A stretch of 64,000 nucleotides of DNA from Candidatus Zambryskiibacteriota bacterium (GCA_003173855.1 PPGI01000010.1:62304-126303), one strand, 5' to 3'. Counted from the first letter of the stretch, positions 8,838-20,892 are shown. Program-made: numbers and translations. Notes: a model not told the origin generated them from the letters alone.

Positions 8838-9341
8838 ATGATTTTAAAAAATAATTTTTTTGATCGAAGTTCGGTTATAGTCGCTAAAGATTTAATAGGA
8901 AAGTACCTTGTAAGAAAAGTTGATGGGAAAATAGTTCGTTCAAAAATAATAGAAACAGAAGCTTATGAAGGTTTAAATGACAAAGCTTCGCATGCTCACC
9001 GAGGAAAAACTCCAAGAAATACACCCATGTTTAGTAAGCCTGGCACGATTTATGTTTACTTTACATATGGAATGCACTGGATGTTAAATATTACTTGTGG
9101 GAAAGTCGGGTATCCAGCAGCAGTTCTCATCCGAGGAGTAGATGTTGCAATTGGTCCAGCGAGACTGACAAAAAAACTAAGAATTGATAAGAGTTTAAAT
9201 GGGAAAACGCTGGGAAGAACATCAGGGTTGTGGATTGAAGATAGTAATGAGAAATTAAAAATTAAAAGAACTCCTAGAATTGGTATAAAATATGCTGGAC
9301 CGATCTGGGAGAAAAAACTTTATAGGTTCCTAATAAATTAA
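8838..9341 (+). CDS. DNA-3-methyladenine glycosylase (Mpg/AAG family)
   Basis: IIETEAYEG...ASHA and the YVYFTYGMHWMLN core of the MPG family. Confidence 0.8.
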   Translation: MILKNNFFDRSSVIVAKDLIGKYLVRKVDGKIVRSKIIETEAYEGLNDKASHAHRGKTPRNTPMFSKPGTIYVYFTYGMHWMLNITCGKVGYPAAVLIRGVDVAIGPARLTKKLRIDKSLNGKTLGRTSGLWIEDSNEKLKIKRTPRIGIKYAGPIWEKKLYRFLIN

Positions 9342-9342
9342 A

Positions 9343-9609
9343 ATGAAAACTAACACATTCAAAGAAAAAGTTCTATCAATTGTTAAGGCAATACCTAAGG
9401 GAAAAGTTCTAACTTACAAAGAAGTGGCTAGGCGTGCTGGTAGTCCAAATGCAGGGAGAGCAGTTGGAAACATTATGAAAGCTAATTTTAAAAAGGAAAT
9501 TCCATGTCATCGCGTCATACGATCTGATGGTGGGATTGGTGGGTACAATAGAGGAGGGATTAAAAAGAAAATGCAAATTCTTAAAAATGAAGGTTTTAAG
9601 TTTGCATAG
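9343..9609 (+). CDS. Methylated-DNA-protein-cysteine methyltransferase DNA-binding domain protein (MGMT/Ogt-like, short)
   Basis: PCHRVI active-site motif with the Cys retained. 88 aa, so only the C-terminal domain is present. Confidence 0.7.
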   Translation: MKTNTFKEKVLSIVKAIPKGKVLTYKEVARRAGSPNAGRAVGNIMKANFKKEIPCHRVIRSDGGIGGYNRGGIKKKMQILKNEGFKFA

Positions 9610-9648
9610 CTTTGATATAATAATTCTATTAAAAGCTAAATAATTAAT

Positions 9649-10041
9649 ATGTGGTCAATTTTAGTAACAGCAATCGTTTTATTTGCCTTCGGTGCATTGT
9701 GGTTTACTGTGCTCTTTGGAAAAACTTGGGCTAAGCTCATGCAATTTCCGCAAGATATGGCGGGGATGTCAAAAAAAAGCATGACCAAGTCACTAGTTCT
9801 AAATTTTATTCTTAATTTGATTATTGCTAGCGTAGTTTACTATCTTTTCCCAGCAATTTTAGCTACTTCATATTCTGAATTTCTGAAGGTCATTTTAATA
9901 ATTTGGCTTGGGTTCTCATTCCCAATATATGCAAATCAGGTGTTATGGGAGGGAAAGTCATGGAAGCTTCTTATTTTAAACTCGGCTCAAGGGATTATTT
10001 CATTTATTCTTGCTAGTTCAGTTATATACTACATGCAGTAA
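9649..10041 (+). CDS. Hypothetical membrane protein (4 TM)
   Basis: Hydrophobic 130-aa ORF. Confidence 0.45.
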   Translation: MWSILVTAIVLFAFGALWFTVLFGKTWAKLMQFPQDMAGMSKKSMTKSLVLNFILNLIIASVVYYLFPAILATSYSEFLKVILIIWLGFSFPIYANQVLWEGKSWKLLILNSAQGIISFILASSVIYYMQ

Positions 10042-10065
10042 CTGTGGATAAGCCATTTGACATAT

Positions 10066-10094
10066 TTGACAGGATTTTAACGTTCGTATATACT
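10066..10094 (+). promoter_or_regulatory. Candidate sigma70 promoter of the rpoBC operon (tandem TTGACA, then TATACT)
   Basis: TTGACA at 10057 and at 10066. TATACT lies 17 bp after the second copy. Confidence 0.4.
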
Positions 10095-10187
10095 ACAAAT
10101 CTACTTCACATGATTGAGTCACGGATGATCGAAGTGATAAACAATTACTATTTTGGGGTTTAACCGATAAACAGCACAAAACAAAAT

Positions 10188-10232
10188 AAGCCTTCGAGAA
10201 AAAAGGCCTATTTTTGTCTGTTTTTGCGTTTT
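10188..10232 (+). terminator. Leader hairpin/attenuator upstream of rpoB
   Basis: GCCTT-N8-AAGGC stem followed by CTATTTTTGTCTGTTTTTGCGTTTT, about 40 nt before the rpoB ATG. Confidence 0.4.
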
Positions 10233-10268
10233 AATTAAGAGTTTAATAAAAAAGAGTACACATTTTTT

Positions 10269-13200
10269 ATGAAAGAGACACAACGTCCACAGAAATTTTT
10301 TAGTCGATTCAAAAAACCACTTGTAGCCACACCAAATTTTGTAGAGCCACAACTTGAATCTTTCAAATGGTTAATTGAGAAAGGACTTTCTGAAGTCTTC
10401 GAAGAATTTTCGTCTATTCGGGATTTTTCTGAAAAGAAATTTACGCTTGATTTTACTGGGTTTGAATTGGCTGATGCAAAATATGATGAATATTATGCAA
10501 AGGACAATAAGCTCTCTTACGAGGCTCCACTTAAAGTAAAAGTTAAGCTAAAAAATCACATACTAAACACAGAAAAGGAACAAGAAATCTTTATGGCTGA
10601 TTTTCCTCTAATGACTCCGCATGGAACATTTATTATTTCTGGAATTGAGAGAGTAATTGTTCCGCAACTTGCAAGATCTTACGGAGTTTTCTTTACAGAA
10701 TCAGAAGTTAAAGGACGAAAACTTTTTGGAGCAAAAATAATTCCTTCTCGAGGAGCCTGGGTTGAAATTGAGTCAGATGGAGATGGAATGATTTATGTGC
10801 GAATTGACCGCAAGCGAAAGTTTCCAGGAACAACGCTTCTCAGGGCAATGGGAGCAAAAGATGATGAACAAATCAAAAAACTTTTTTCTGGGGATGAATT
10901 GGCTAAAACTGCCATTGAAAAAACACTCCTAAAAGACCATACCAAAACTGTAGATGAAGCTTTTGTTGAAATTTACAAACGACTTCGAGATGGAGACATG
11001 GCTACAGCTGAGAATGCAAAGGAATTTGTCACTTCTATTTTTGATCAGGAAAGATACGACCTTTCGCCAGTAGGACGATATCGATTCAACAAAAGATTTA
11101 ATAAGAAAATGGACGAGAAAGAGCTAAAGAGAAAAACAATCTCTCTTGATGATGTGGTAACAATCATGACAAATATTGCTCTTCTTAATAATACACCACA
11201 TTCCATGGCCGATGATATCGATCATCTTGGATCACGACGAGTTCGATTTGTTGGCGAACTTTTCCAACAGCAAATAAGGAAAGGTATGGCCCAAATTCGC
11301 CGAAACATTCAGAACCGAATGTCGACAATTGATACTGACGTAACTCTTCCTGTTCAATTTATTTCCCCAAAACCCCTGCAAGCAAGAATCAAGGAATTTT
11401 TTACGACAAATCAGCTTTCACAATTTATGACTCAGGAAAATCCTCTTGCTGAAATTGAAAATCTTCGAACTCTCTCTGCTTTAGGTCCTGGAGGTTTGAA
11501 CAGAACTCGAGCAGGTTTCGAAGTTCGCGACGTTCACACTTCTCACTACGGCCGACTTTGTCCAATTCATACACCAGAAGGTCCAAACATTGGTCTCGTA
11601 CTTCGACTTTCAATTTATGCAAAAATTAACAGCTTTGGAATGATTGAAACTCCTTATGCTAAAGTTAAAAATGGAAAAGTAACTGGCGAAATTGTTTATT
11701 TAAATGCTTCCGAAGAAGAAGGATATGCTATTGCTCATGCTGCAACTCCTGTTGATAAAGACGGAAAAATTCTTGTTGATGAAGTTGAAGTTCGAATTGA
11801 AGGAAATCCAAGTACGGTCTCACGCAATCAAGTTCAATTTATTGATGTTGCTACAAACCAGGCTTTTTCTATTGCAACAGCAATGATTCCATTCCTAAAC
11901 CATGATGAGGCGAACCGAGCTCTGATGGCATCGAACATGCAGCGACAAGCAACACCTTGCATTATTCCTGAGGTGCCACTTGTGGCTACTGGTATGGAAG
12001 CTGATGCACTTCGCGACACTGGCCGACTTTTGATAGCAGATGAAGAAGGTACAGTAACTCATGCAGATGGAGTAAAAATTGTTGTTAAAAATAATAAAGG
12101 TAAAGAAAAAACACATAAACTTGTTCAATTTTCAAGAACAAACGGTTTTACTGCTTTTCATCAGCGACCATCAGTTAATGTCGGTGACAAAGTGAAAGTC
12201 GGCGATGTATTGGCTGACACTTCAGCTTCGGAAAATGGTCAGACAGCTATTGGCCAAAACATGCTTGTAGCCTTTATGTCATGGTCCGGATCAAACTATG
12301 AAGACGCAATTATTCTTTCTGAACGAGTGGTTAAAAATTCAAAATTTACATCAATTCATATCGAAGAATTTGTTATTAATGTTCGAGACACAAAACTTGG
12401 TCCAGAAATTACAACTTGCGATATTCCAAACATTGGCGAGTCAAAATTAAAGAACTTGGCTGAAGACGGAATTGTTCAAGTTGGTTCGGAAGTGAGACCG
12501 GGAGATATTTTGGTTGGAAAAGTAACACCAAAAGGCGAGACTCAACTTACTCCAGAAGAAAGATTGCTCCGATCACTTTTCGGCGAAAAAGCTCACGATG
12601 TTAAAGATACTTCAAAAAGAATGGAGGGAGGAAAAAGAGGACGAGTCATTCGAGTTCAGATTTTCTCACGAGAAAAAGGTGACAAACTTGAATCAGGAAT
12701 TATAAAAAGAATTCACGTTGAAGTTGCTCAACTTCGAAATGTTTCTGTTGGCGACAAACTGGCTGGACGACACGGAAATAAAGGAGTCATTTCAAAAATT
12801 TTGCCAGAGGAAGATATGCCATACATGAAAGATGGTACTCCTATTGATGTAATTTTGACGCCTCTTGGAGTGCCATCTCGTATGAACTTGGGTCAAATTT
12901 TGGAATTGCACTTGGGTCTAGCTGCAAACACACTAAATTATCAAGCAATTGTTCCACCATTTGCCGGAGCAACAGGTGAAGAAATTAAATCTGAGCTCAA
13001 GCTTGCCGGTTTTCCAGAATCAGGAAAAATTCAACTTTTTGATGGACGAACAGGAGATGCCTTCGAACAAGAAGTAGCGGTTGGCTATATGTACATTTTG
13101 AAACTTCACCACATGGTTGAAGATAAAATTCATATGCGATCGATTGGTCCATACTCACTTATCACTCAACAGCCTCTTGGAGGAAAAGCTCAAAACGGAG

Positions 13201-13487
13201 GACAGAGATTTGGAGAAATGGAAGTTTGGGCATTACTTGGACACGGAGCAGCACACACTTTGCAAGAAATCTTAACTATTAAATCTGACGATATTGTCGG
13301 AAGAAGTGCTGCATTTGACGCTATTGTTAAAGGCTTGCCAATTACTCAACTAAACACCCCAGCATCATTTAACGTTTTACTAAACAATCTTCGCGGTTTG
13401 GCACTAGATGTTCAAATCAAACGCGGGTCGAAAGAATTAATGGATGCTCATCAAAGGGCGGGAGCAGCTATGGAAGTTTATAAATAA
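10269..13487 (+). CDS. rpoB: DNA-directed RNA polymerase beta subunit
   Basis: 1072 aa with typical RpoB blocks (GPGGL, NMQRQA, RHGNKGV). Confidence 0.95.
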   Translation: MKETQRPQKFFSRFKKPLVATPNFVEPQLESFKWLIEKGLSEVFEEFSSIRDFSEKKFTLDFTGFELADAKYDEYYAKDNKLSYEAPLKVKVKLKNHILNTEKEQEIFMADFPLMTPHGTFIISGIERVIVPQLARSYGVFFTESEVKGRKLFGAKIIPSRGAWVEIESDGDGMIYVRIDRKRKFPGTTLLRAMGAKDDEQIKKLFSGDELAKTAIEKTLLKDHTKTVDEAFVEIYKRLRDGDMATAENAKEFVTSIFDQERYDLSPVGRYRFNKRFNKKMDEKELKRKTISLDDVVTIMTNIALLNNTPHSMADDIDHLGSRRVRFVGELFQQQIRKGMAQIRRNIQNRMSTIDTDVTLPVQFISPKPLQARIKEFFTTNQLSQFMTQENPLAEIENLRTLSALGPGGLNRTRAGFEVRDVHTSHYGRLCPIHTPEGPNIGLVLRLSIYAKINSFGMIETPYAKVKNGKVTGEIVYLNASEEEGYAIAHAATPVDKDGKILVDEVEVRIEGNPSTVSRNQVQFIDVATNQAFSIATAMIPFLNHDEANRALMASNMQRQATPCIIPEVPLVATGMEADALRDTGRLLIADEEGTVTHADGVKIVVKNNKGKEKTHKLVQFSRTNGFTAFHQRPSVNVGDKVKVGDVLADTSASENGQTAIGQNMLVAFMSWSGSNYEDAIILSERVVKNSKFTSIHIEEFVINVRDTKLGPEITTCDIPNIGESKLKNLAEDGIVQVGSEVRPGDILVGKVTPKGETQLTPEERLLRSLFGEKAHDVKDTSKRMEGGKRGRVIRVQIFSREKGDKLESGIIKRIHVEVAQLRNVSVGDKLAGRHGNKGVISKILPEEDMPYMKDGTPIDVILTPLGVPSRMNLGQILELHLGLAANTLNYQAIVPPFAGATGEEIKSELKLAGFPESGKIQLFDGRTGDAFEQEVAVGYMYILKLHHMVEDKIHMRSIGPYSLITQQPLGGKAQNGGQRFGEMEVWALLGHGAAHTLQEILTIKSDDIVGRSAAFDAIVKGLPITQLNTPASFNVLLNNLRGLALDVQIKRGSKELMDAHQRAGAAMEVYK

Positions 13488-13504
13488 TAATTTAAATCAA
13501 GATT

Positions 13505-16500
13505 ATGAAACCAAGAATTATAGAACAAAATGATTTTGAAACAATTGCATTAAAACTTGCTTCTCCTGAGCGAATTAAAGAGTGGTCATTTGGGGAGGTT
13601 ACAAAACCAGAAACAATTAACTACAGAACTCAACGTTCAGAAAAAAACGGCCTCTTTGATGAGAAAATTTTCGGTCCAGACCGAGATTACGAATGCTACT
13701 GTGGAAAATATCGAGGTATTCGATACAAGGGAATTATCTGTGAAAAATGCGGTGTTGAAATCACACGTTCAATTGTTCGACGTGAACGAATGGGTCACAT
13801 CGAATTGGCCACTGTTGTCTCACACATTTGGTTTCTAAAATCAATGCCGTCTCGAATCAGTTTGATTTTGGGAATTCCTACAAATGATATTGAAAAAGTC
13901 GTTTACTTTGCAGGCTATATTATTACAAAAGTTTCTGAAGACGACAGGATCAAATATTTGAAGGATCTCGATTCTGAATACAAAACAAAAATCAAATCTC
14001 TAAAAGATGATAAAACAAAAGAGGCAGTAAAAGAGATGCTTGTAAATGCTAAGCGAGAAATCGAATCAATTCAGGAAGGAAAAGTGCTGGACGAAGTTGA
14101 ATATTACAACTTCGGAATGAAATACGGCACAATGTTTGAAGCTTCAATTGGGGCAGAAGCAATCTTCAATATTTTTAAAAAAATTGACTTAAATAAATTG
14201 TTAAGTCAATTAAAAGCAGAGCTTGATAAAGCTTCAAGTTTGGAAGCACAAAAAATTAACAAGAGAATTGGAGTGGTAAGTTCAATGATTCACTCAAATG
14301 CTCGACCAGAGTGGATGTTTCTAACGTCAATTCCTGTCATTCCTCCAGCACTTCGACCGATGGTTCCGCTAGATGGGGGACGATATGCAACTTCTGATGT
14401 TAACGATTTGTACCGACGTGTAATCAATCGAAACAACCGATTAAAAAAACTTAAGGAAATTCATGCTCCTGACGTAATTTTGCGAAACGAAAAAAGAATT
14501 CTTCAAGAAGCTGTTGATGCGCTGATCGATAACTCAATTCGACATGGATCAGCTAGTGGTGCAGTTAATCAATCTCAGAGACGACCTCTTAAATCTCTTG
14601 CAGACAATCTAAAGGGTAAGCGAGGAATTTTCCGACAAAACCTATTAGGTAAACGAGTCGACTATTCTGGCCGATCAGTTATTGTTGTTGGTCCTGATCT
14701 TCACTTAAATCAATGTGGTCTTCCAAAACATATGGCACTTGAGCTCTTTAAGCCATTTGTTATTTCAGATTTGCTTCGAAAAGAACTTGCTTACAACATT
14801 CGTGGTGCATCAAAACTTATTGAAGATGGAATTCCAGAAGTTTGGGCCATTCTAGAAGATGTTATACGAGATCGCTTTGTGTTGCTTAACCGAGCACCGA
14901 CACTTCACAGGCTTGGAATTCAAGCATTCAAACCGATTCTAATTGAAGGAAATGCTATCCAGTTGCATCCATTAGTTTGTAGCGCTTTTAACGCTGACTT
15001 CGATGGTGACCAAATGGCTGTTCACGTTCCACTTTCAGATGAAGCACAACTTGAGGCTCGAGAAATTATGGCATCAGATAAAAATATTCTAAAGCCTGGT
15101 TCAGGTGATCCGACAGTTTCTGCAAAAATGCTTGATATCGTTCTTGGCTGTTACTGGATGACAAAAGAAATTGAGGGCGAAAAGGGAGAAGGTAAAATTT
15201 ACCAAAATCCAAATGCGGCAATCATGGCTTTTGACATGGGGGTTGTTTCATTCCGTGCAAAAATAAAAGTTCTTCCAGGCTCTGGAGAAAAATACAAGCA
15301 ATTTGAACATAAGCCATTTGATACAACAGTTGGAAGACTTCTATTCAATTCTGTTTTGCCAAAAGATTATCCATTTATTAACTCTGAAATTAATCGTGAC
15401 AAAATCTCAATTCTTGTTGATGATTTAATTGAACGATATGGAATTGAAAATGTTCCAAAAATTATTGATCAGATAAAGGCATTCGGATTCAAATATGCAA
15501 CTTACTCTGGAATTACTTGGGGTCTTGATGATGTTTTGATTCCCGAAGGAAAGAAAGATATTGTGGCAAAAGCCAATGAAAAAGAAGCAACAATTCGTGA
15601 GCACTTTAATCAAGGACTAATTTCAAAAGAAGAAAGATTACGACAGGTAATTGAAATTTGGCATGGTGCCAAAGCAGAACTTGAAAAATTAATGCCTCAA
15701 ACACTTCCAAAAAATGGATCTGTTTCAGACATGGTGCTTTCAAAAGCTCGAGGTTCAATGTCAAACATTACTCAAATGGCAGGTATGAAAGGATTGATTA
15801 CAAACACTGCTGGTGAGACGATCGAATTCCCGATTATCTCATGTTCAAAAGAAGGATTAACTCCGCTTGAGTATTTCATTACTACTCATGGAGCAAGAAA
15901 AGGTCTGACTGACACAGCTCTTAACACAGCAAAATCTGGATATTTGACTCGAAAAATGTTCGTTGTAGCACAAGACACTATAATTATTGAAGAAGATTGT
16001 GGAACAAAAGAGGGAATGGTTATCGACAAGTTTGCGATTTCTGGAATCGAAACTCCGATTGCAAAACATATTAAGGGACGATTTCTTTCGGAAGATGTTA
16101 TGAGTCCAGATGGCAAAGTGATGTTCAAACGAGATCATCTGCTTTCTAAAAAAGATGCACAAGCTATTGAAAATGCTGGTGTGACTGCAGTAACTGTCAG
16201 ATCTCCTTTGTCATGTAAGACTTTGAATGGTATTTGCGTCAAATGTTACGGAGTCGATCTTGGTAAAAATAAAGTTGTTGATATTGGTGAAGCTGTTGGA
16301 ACTGTTGCCGGACAAGCTATTGGTGAGCCCGGAACACAGCTAACTATGCGAACTTTCCACGCTGGAGGAACAGCTCAAGTTGGAGGAGACATTGTTTCCG
16401 GTTTGCCTAGAGTAGAAGAACTATTTGAGAAGCGAAAGCCAAAGAACCCTGCGGTTGTTGCTTCGGTTTCTGGAACAGTTTCTGATATTAAAATTACTGA

Positions 16501-17170
16501 AAAAGAAAAAGTTATTACTGTTACTCCAAATCTTGAAGACAGAACAAAATCAAAAACAAAAATCGAATACTCGACAGCTTTGACTCGAACAATTCTTGTA
16601 AAAGTTGGTGATGAAGTACAAAAAGGTGACATGTTAACTGACGGAAGCGCCGATATTGATGATCTCTTTAAATATGCGGGACGGGATAAAACAATCGATT
16701 ACATCATTCACGAAATCAACAAACCTTATGAACTTCAAGGAGAAACTGTATCGCGAAAACACATTGAAACAATTGTTCGCCAAATGTTTTCTCGAAAGCG
16801 AATCAAAACTCCCGGAGATACTGGTTTTATCGCAGGAGATATTGTGGAAATGAGCTTATTGTCTGAAGAAAATGCACGAGTTAAAGAAAATGGAGGAGAG
16901 GAAGCAAAAGCTGAACCGGTTGTAATGGGTATTACAGATGTCTCACTTTCACGACAAAGCTTCCTTTCTGCAGCATCGTTCCAGCACACAACTAGAATTT
17001 TGATTTCAAACGCAATGCGCGGTTCAAAAGATAAACTCTCAGGGCTAATGGAAAATGTTATTCTTGGCCGACTAATTCCAGCAGGAACTGGTTTCAAGGG
17101 ATCAACAAAAAATAAAATGATCCAAGAATTGCGAGCAAATCGACCTCAAGTTTTCGAAGATTTGCGCTAG
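13505..17170 (+). CDS. rpoC: DNA-directed RNA polymerase beta' subunit
   Basis: 1221 aa with the zinc finger CxxC...CxKC, NADFDGD catalytic motif and trigger loop. Confidence 0.95.
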   Translation: MKPRIIEQNDFETIALKLASPERIKEWSFGEVTKPETINYRTQRSEKNGLFDEKIFGPDRDYECYCGKYRGIRYKGIICEKCGVEITRSIVRRERMGHIELATVVSHIWFLKSMPSRISLILGIPTNDIEKVVYFAGYIITKVSEDDRIKYLKDLDSEYKTKIKSLKDDKTKEAVKEMLVNAKREIESIQEGKVLDEVEYYNFGMKYGTMFEASIGAEAIFNIFKKIDLNKLLSQLKAELDKASSLEAQKINKRIGVVSSMIHSNARPEWMFLTSIPVIPPALRPMVPLDGGRYATSDVNDLYRRVINRNNRLKKLKEIHAPDVILRNEKRILQEAVDALIDNSIRHGSASGAVNQSQRRPLKSLADNLKGKRGIFRQNLLGKRVDYSGRSVIVVGPDLHLNQCGLPKHMALELFKPFVISDLLRKELAYNIRGASKLIEDGIPEVWAILEDVIRDRFVLLNRAPTLHRLGIQAFKPILIEGNAIQLHPLVCSAFNADFDGDQMAVHVPLSDEAQLEAREIMASDKNILKPGSGDPTVSAKMLDIVLGCYWMTKEIEGEKGEGKIYQNPNAAIMAFDMGVVSFRAKIKVLPGSGEKYKQFEHKPFDTTVGRLLFNSVLPKDYPFINSEINRDKISILVDDLIERYGIENVPKIIDQIKAFGFKYATYSGITWGLDDVLIPEGKKDIVAKANEKEATIREHFNQGLISKEERLRQVIEIWHGAKAELEKLMPQTLPKNGSVSDMVLSKARGSMSNITQMAGMKGLITNTAGETIEFPIISCSKEGLTPLEYFITTHGARKGLTDTALNTAKSGYLTRKMFVVAQDTIIIEEDCGTKEGMVIDKFAISGIETPIAKHIKGRFLSEDVMSPDGKVMFKRDHLLSKKDAQAIENAGVTAVTVRSPLSCKTLNGICVKCYGVDLGKNKVVDIGEAVGTVAGQAIGEPGTQLTMRTFHAGGTAQVGGDIVSGLPRVEELFEKRKPKNPAVVASVSGTVSDIKITEKEKVITVTPNLEDRTKSKTKIEYSTALTRTILVKVGDEVQKGDMLTDGSADIDDLFKYAGRDKTIDYIIHEINKPYELQGETVSRKHIETIVRQMFSRKRIKTPGDTGFIAGDIVEMSLLSEENARVKENGGEEAKAEPVVMGITDVSLSRQSFLSAASFQHTTRILISNAMRGSKDKLSGLMENVILGRLIPAGTGFKGSTKNKMIQELRANRPQVFEDLR

Positions 17171-17171
17171 T

Positions 17172-17344
17172 TCGAACTTATCTGTATCTACAAAAGAGAC
17201 TTCGCAAGCCGAAAGCCTGGTCTTGTCAACGTCTAGCTTTGCTAGCTCATTGACAAGTTGGAGAGCTGAGAACAAAGCGAGCGTAGCGCTGGCGGAGCGA
17301 GCGGTCTCTTTTTAGATACAGGAAGGTCGAACTTATAGACAATA
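17172..17344. repeat. Long inverted repeat (~29-bp arms) enclosing nested hairpins, directly after rpoC
   Basis: TTCGAACTTATCTGTATCTACAAAAGAGAC (17172-17200) pairs with GTCTCTTTTTAGATACAGGAAGGTCGAAC (17314-17342). The inner CTTGTCAA...TTGACAAG hairpin is GC-rich relative to the flanks. Confidence 0.55.
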
Positions 17345-17371
17345 ATTTAATTGATGCTAGTGTAATGAATC

Positions 17372-19117
17372 ATGTCGTCCTCTGTTGATCAAATCAAGTC
17401 AAAACTCGATATTGTAACCGTTGTGGGCTCCTATATGAAGCTTGAAAAAGCTGGAGCTAACTATAAAGGAAGGTGTCCATTTCACAATGAAAAAACACCG
17501 TCTTTTTTTGTTTCCCCTGATCGCGGAACTTATTATTGTTTTGGCTGCCAGGCAAAAGGTGACATTTTTACTTTTGTTCAGGAATTTGAAGGACTCGATT
17601 TCGTCGGGAGTTTAAAAGTCTTGGCTGATAGAGCTGGCGTACCGCTTGAACAATTTAATCCTGGTAACAAAACAGAGAAAGACAAATTACATCAAGTTTT
17701 AGAACAAGCAGTTTTGTTTTACGAAAAAAATTTAGCCGAAAATAAACAAGCTCTCGATTATTTAAAAAATCGTGGAGTAAATGAGCAAACGATAAAAGAA
17801 TTTCGAATCGGCTGGAGTTCAAGCGAATGGCGAGATTTGTTTAATTATCTCCAATCTAGAGGAGTGTCGGAAAAAGAAATGCTTCGCGCAGGACTCGTTA
17901 AGCAAAAAGAAGGCGGTATTTCTCAGTACTATGATACATTTCGCGGACGAATAATTTTTTCCATCAATGATTCCTCTGGCAGAGTGGTTGGATTTTCTGG
18001 TCGAATTTTGGTTGATGATGGAAAATCGCCAAAATATTTAAATAGTCCGGAAACCGAACTCTTTAATAAATCGGAAATTCTTTTTGGTTTGGACAAAGCA
18101 AAAAAAGATATTCGGCAAAAAGATTATTCAATCTTGGTAGAGGGGCAAATGGATCTCGTTATGCTTCACCAGGTTGGAATAAAAAACACTGTAGCTTCTT
18201 CGGGAACTGCTCTCTCTGAAATGCATCTTGAAAAACTCCGCCGATTATCAAACAGAATAATAATGGCTTACGATGGTGACAGTGCAGGTTTTTCGGCATC
18301 AAATAGAAGCGCTCAAATTGCACTTTCGCTTGGTATGGAATTAAAAATTGCCGAATTGCCTTTGGGTAAAGATCCAGCCGACCTTGCAAAGGAAAATCCC
18401 GAATTGCTTCGCGAGTGCTTGCGAAATTCTAAACATATTATAGATTTCTATACGGATTCGCTCTTAAGTCGAAAATTACCTCCACGCGAGCTTGGACTAG
18501 AAATCCAAAAAAACGTTCTTCCTTATGTCTCAATGCTCCAGAGCAATATTGAGAAATCGCACTTTGTAAAAAATATTGCCCAAAAGGCTTTTATTAACGA
18601 AGAAGCACTCTGGGCAGACTTAGCTAATTTAGGCCAATATTCGCCAAAATTGGGTCAAAAACCAGTCAATTTAAGCCAAAATGTGAGCAAAGTAGACATA
18701 ATCGAAAGACGGATCTTAGGGGTCATAATGTGGCAAAAAGCAAATAAAAGTGCGAGCTCAAATGTAGATAGTGTGGTAAATAGTAATTTAAATATTAAAG
18801 ACATTGAAAGGCGAGCTAAAGGAGTTTTGGGTGCCAGGTATGATGATTTAATGAGGGAATTAGAAAAAGAGAAAGACTCACTATTATTTGAGACAGAAAG
18901 TTATTATAATAATAAAACTAACTTATTGAACGATATTGCAGAGCTTCTTCTTCGATTAGAGGAAGAATATTTAAAACGCGAGCTTAGTAATGCAATGACC
19001 AAATTGCAACAAGCGGAACAGACAAAAAATAGTTCAGAAGTTCTCCGTTATCTTGAGGAATGCCAAAAAATAACGCAGAAGATAAATGTGATCAAACAAG
19101 TTTATGCCAAAAAGTAA
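17372..19117 (+). CDS. dnaG: DNA primase
   Basis: Zinc-binding [11 protein letters not shown]...CFGC and TOPRIM EGQMD...DGDSAG. Confidence 0.9.
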   Translation: MSSSVDQIKSKLDIVTVVGSYMKLEKAGANYKGRCPFHNEKTPSFFVSPDRGTYYCFGCQAKGDIFTFVQEFEGLDFVGSLKVLADRAGVPLEQFNPGNKTEKDKLHQVLEQAVLFYEKNLAENKQALDYLKNRGVNEQTIKEFRIGWSSSEWRDLFNYLQSRGVSEKEMLRAGLVKQKEGGISQYYDTFRGRIIFSINDSSGRVVGFSGRILVDDGKSPKYLNSPETELFNKSEILFGLDKAKKDIRQKDYSILVEGQMDLVMLHQVGIKNTVASSGTALSEMHLEKLRRLSNRIIMAYDGDSAGFSASNRSAQIALSLGMELKIAELPLGKDPADLAKENPELLRECLRNSKHIIDFYTDSLLSRKLPPRELGLEIQKNVLPYVSMLQSNIEKSHFVKNIAQKAFINEEALWADLANLGQYSPKLGQKPVNLSQNVSKVDIIERRILGVIMWQKANKSASSNVDSVVNSNLNIKDIERRAKGVLGARYDDLMRELEKEKDSLLFETESYYNNKTNLLNDIAELLLRLEEEYLKRELSNAMTKLQQAEQTKNSSEVLRYLEECQKITQKINVIKQVYAKK

Positions 19118-20360
19118 ATTAAAAGTAAAAAAGAATAAGACCCGAGCTGCCAAAACAAAAAAAGTTAAGGCCAGATCAATTCGCGTACCTAAAATTCGAA
19201 AATCAAAGAAAAAAATATTAGCTTTAGCAACCCGTGCTTCAAAAGAGGTCATAGCAAAATTTGGCAAAGTGAAAAAAGCTGATCGCCAAGAGCAGGGCAT
19301 GACCCGGTTGCTTGCTAAGGGTAAAGAGCGTGGATATGTAACATACGATGAGATTTTAAAAGAATTTCCAACAATCGAGGAAGATATTACATTTCTCGAC
19401 GAGATGTACGAGAAACTTTCACAATCTGGAATCGATGTTCTCGAAGGCGGCGGTTTGCTTGAGAGTCAAAACATTGATGATTTGATAAGTAAAAAATATA
19501 CCTATGGTAAAGCAAGTGAAGCTTCATACGACTCCATCCAGATGTATCTAAAAGAAATCGGTCAGTATCCACTAATTTCCGGTGGAATGGAAAAAGAATT
19601 GGCAAAGAGAATTGAAAAAGGCGATGTTGAAGCCAAAAATCTTTTAGCTAGAGCAAACCTTCGTTTGGTTGTCTCCATTGCTAAAAAATATGCAAACAGA
19701 AGTGCTGATTTGACTTTGCTTGATCTAATACAAGAAGGGAATCTTGGACTTTTTAAAGCAGTCGACAAATTTGATTGGACAAAGGGTTATAAGTTTTCAA
19801 CATATGCTACTTGGTGGATACGTCAGGCTATTACTCGAGCATTGGCAGACCAATCACGAACTATCCGGGTTCCAGTGCATATGGTAGAAACCATTGCCAA
19901 ATACAAACAAGTAGTTAGGAGACTTTCTCAGGATCTAGGACGTGATCCTCTGCCTGAAGAAATTGCAACGGAAATGAATCTAGCAGTGGACAAGGTTTAT
20001 ACAATTGAAAAAATCGATCAATCAACACTTTCGCTAGAAACTCCAATTGGCGAAGAAGGAGATGATTCGAAATCAAAACTTGGAGATTTTCTAGCGGATG
20101 AAAAAATACTTTCACCGGATCAAGAATCTGCACGCAGAATTGTCTCTGACCAAGTCCGAGAGATTTTAAATGATTTACCAGAAAAAGAGAGAAAAATTCT
20201 AGAACTTCGTCATGGTTTAGTTGATGGAGTGACACATACTTTGGAAGAAGTGGGGAAGGAATTTGGTGTAACAAGAGAGCGTATTCGACAAATCGAGGCG
20301 AAGGCACATGAAAAAATTCGCCAGCACGACAAAATTAACAGATTGAGAAATTATTATTAA
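19104..20360 (+). CDS. rpoD: RNA polymerase sigma factor RpoD (sigma-70)
   Basis: Regions 2.x to 4.2 are recognisable ([29 protein letters not shown]). Overlaps dnaG by 14 nt, as in the classic operon. Confidence 0.9.
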   Translation: MPKSKLKVKKNKTRAAKTKKVKARSIRVPKIRKSKKKILALATRASKEVIAKFGKVKKADRQEQGMTRLLAKGKERGYVTYDEILKEFPTIEEDITFLDEMYEKLSQSGIDVLEGGGLLESQNIDDLISKKYTYGKASEASYDSIQMYLKEIGQYPLISGGMEKELAKRIEKGDVEAKNLLARANLRLVVSIAKKYANRSADLTLLDLIQEGNLGLFKAVDKFDWTKGYKFSTYATWWIRQAITRALADQSRTIRVPVHMVETIAKYKQVVRRLSQDLGRDPLPEEIATEMNLAVDKVYTIEKIDQSTLSLETPIGEEGDDSKSKLGDFLADEKILSPDQESARRIVSDQVREILNDLPEKERKILELRHGLVDGVTHTLEEVGKEFGVTRERIRQIEAKAHEKIRQHDKINRLRNYY

Positions 20361-20543
20361 CCTCGGTCTTTTTTGTCCGATTTCTGTGTTACTCTCTCCG
20401 GTGCTCCTTCACCTTACTATTAGTAAGGCTCAGTTCGCTCCTCACTCGTGTCTTGAACTCGAACAAAAATCCTCGAGGATTCTTTATGTAATTGTATTTG
20501 ACATGGTTTGATAAATGTGCTATTTTCATTGCAGGAGGTTTCT

Positions 20544-20744
20544 ATGTTGCTTACGGTGATCTGGGAAGCCATTGGGTGGTCAGCTGACATCCTATTTCTT
20601 GTGTCTTACTTTCTGGTTTCCAGGAAAAAGATTACAGGTGAGGGATCAGTTTTCAACTGGATGAACCTTGGTGGCGCAACCTCCTATGGCATCTACGCCA
20701 TACACAAAGATGCCTATCCCGTCCTCATCCTCGAAATCTTCTAG
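20544..20744 (+). CDS. Small membrane protein (66 aa)
   Basis: Consensus SD GCAGGAGG before ATG 20544. One or two TM helices. Confidence 0.4.
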   Translation: MLLTVIWEAIGWSADILFLVSYFLVSRKKITGEGSVFNWMNLGGATSYGIYAIHKDAYPVLILEIF

Positions 20745-20850
20745 GGAGCTATTGCAGTTACAGCACTTCGTAAACTGTATCTTTCCAGGAAAGAACCTTC
20801 CATCACACAGGTCTTTAATTGACCTCCTACCAAAGAAGACAATGTCTTCT

Positions 20851-20880
20851 CCGCCGCGATCCTTTGCGGCGTTTTTTATT
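20851..20880 (+). terminator. Rho-independent terminator (CGCCGC gatccttt GCGGCG TTTTTTATT)
   Basis: Stem, loop and U-tract. Confidence 0.5.
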
Positions 20881-20892
20881 GCATTTGAAAAT

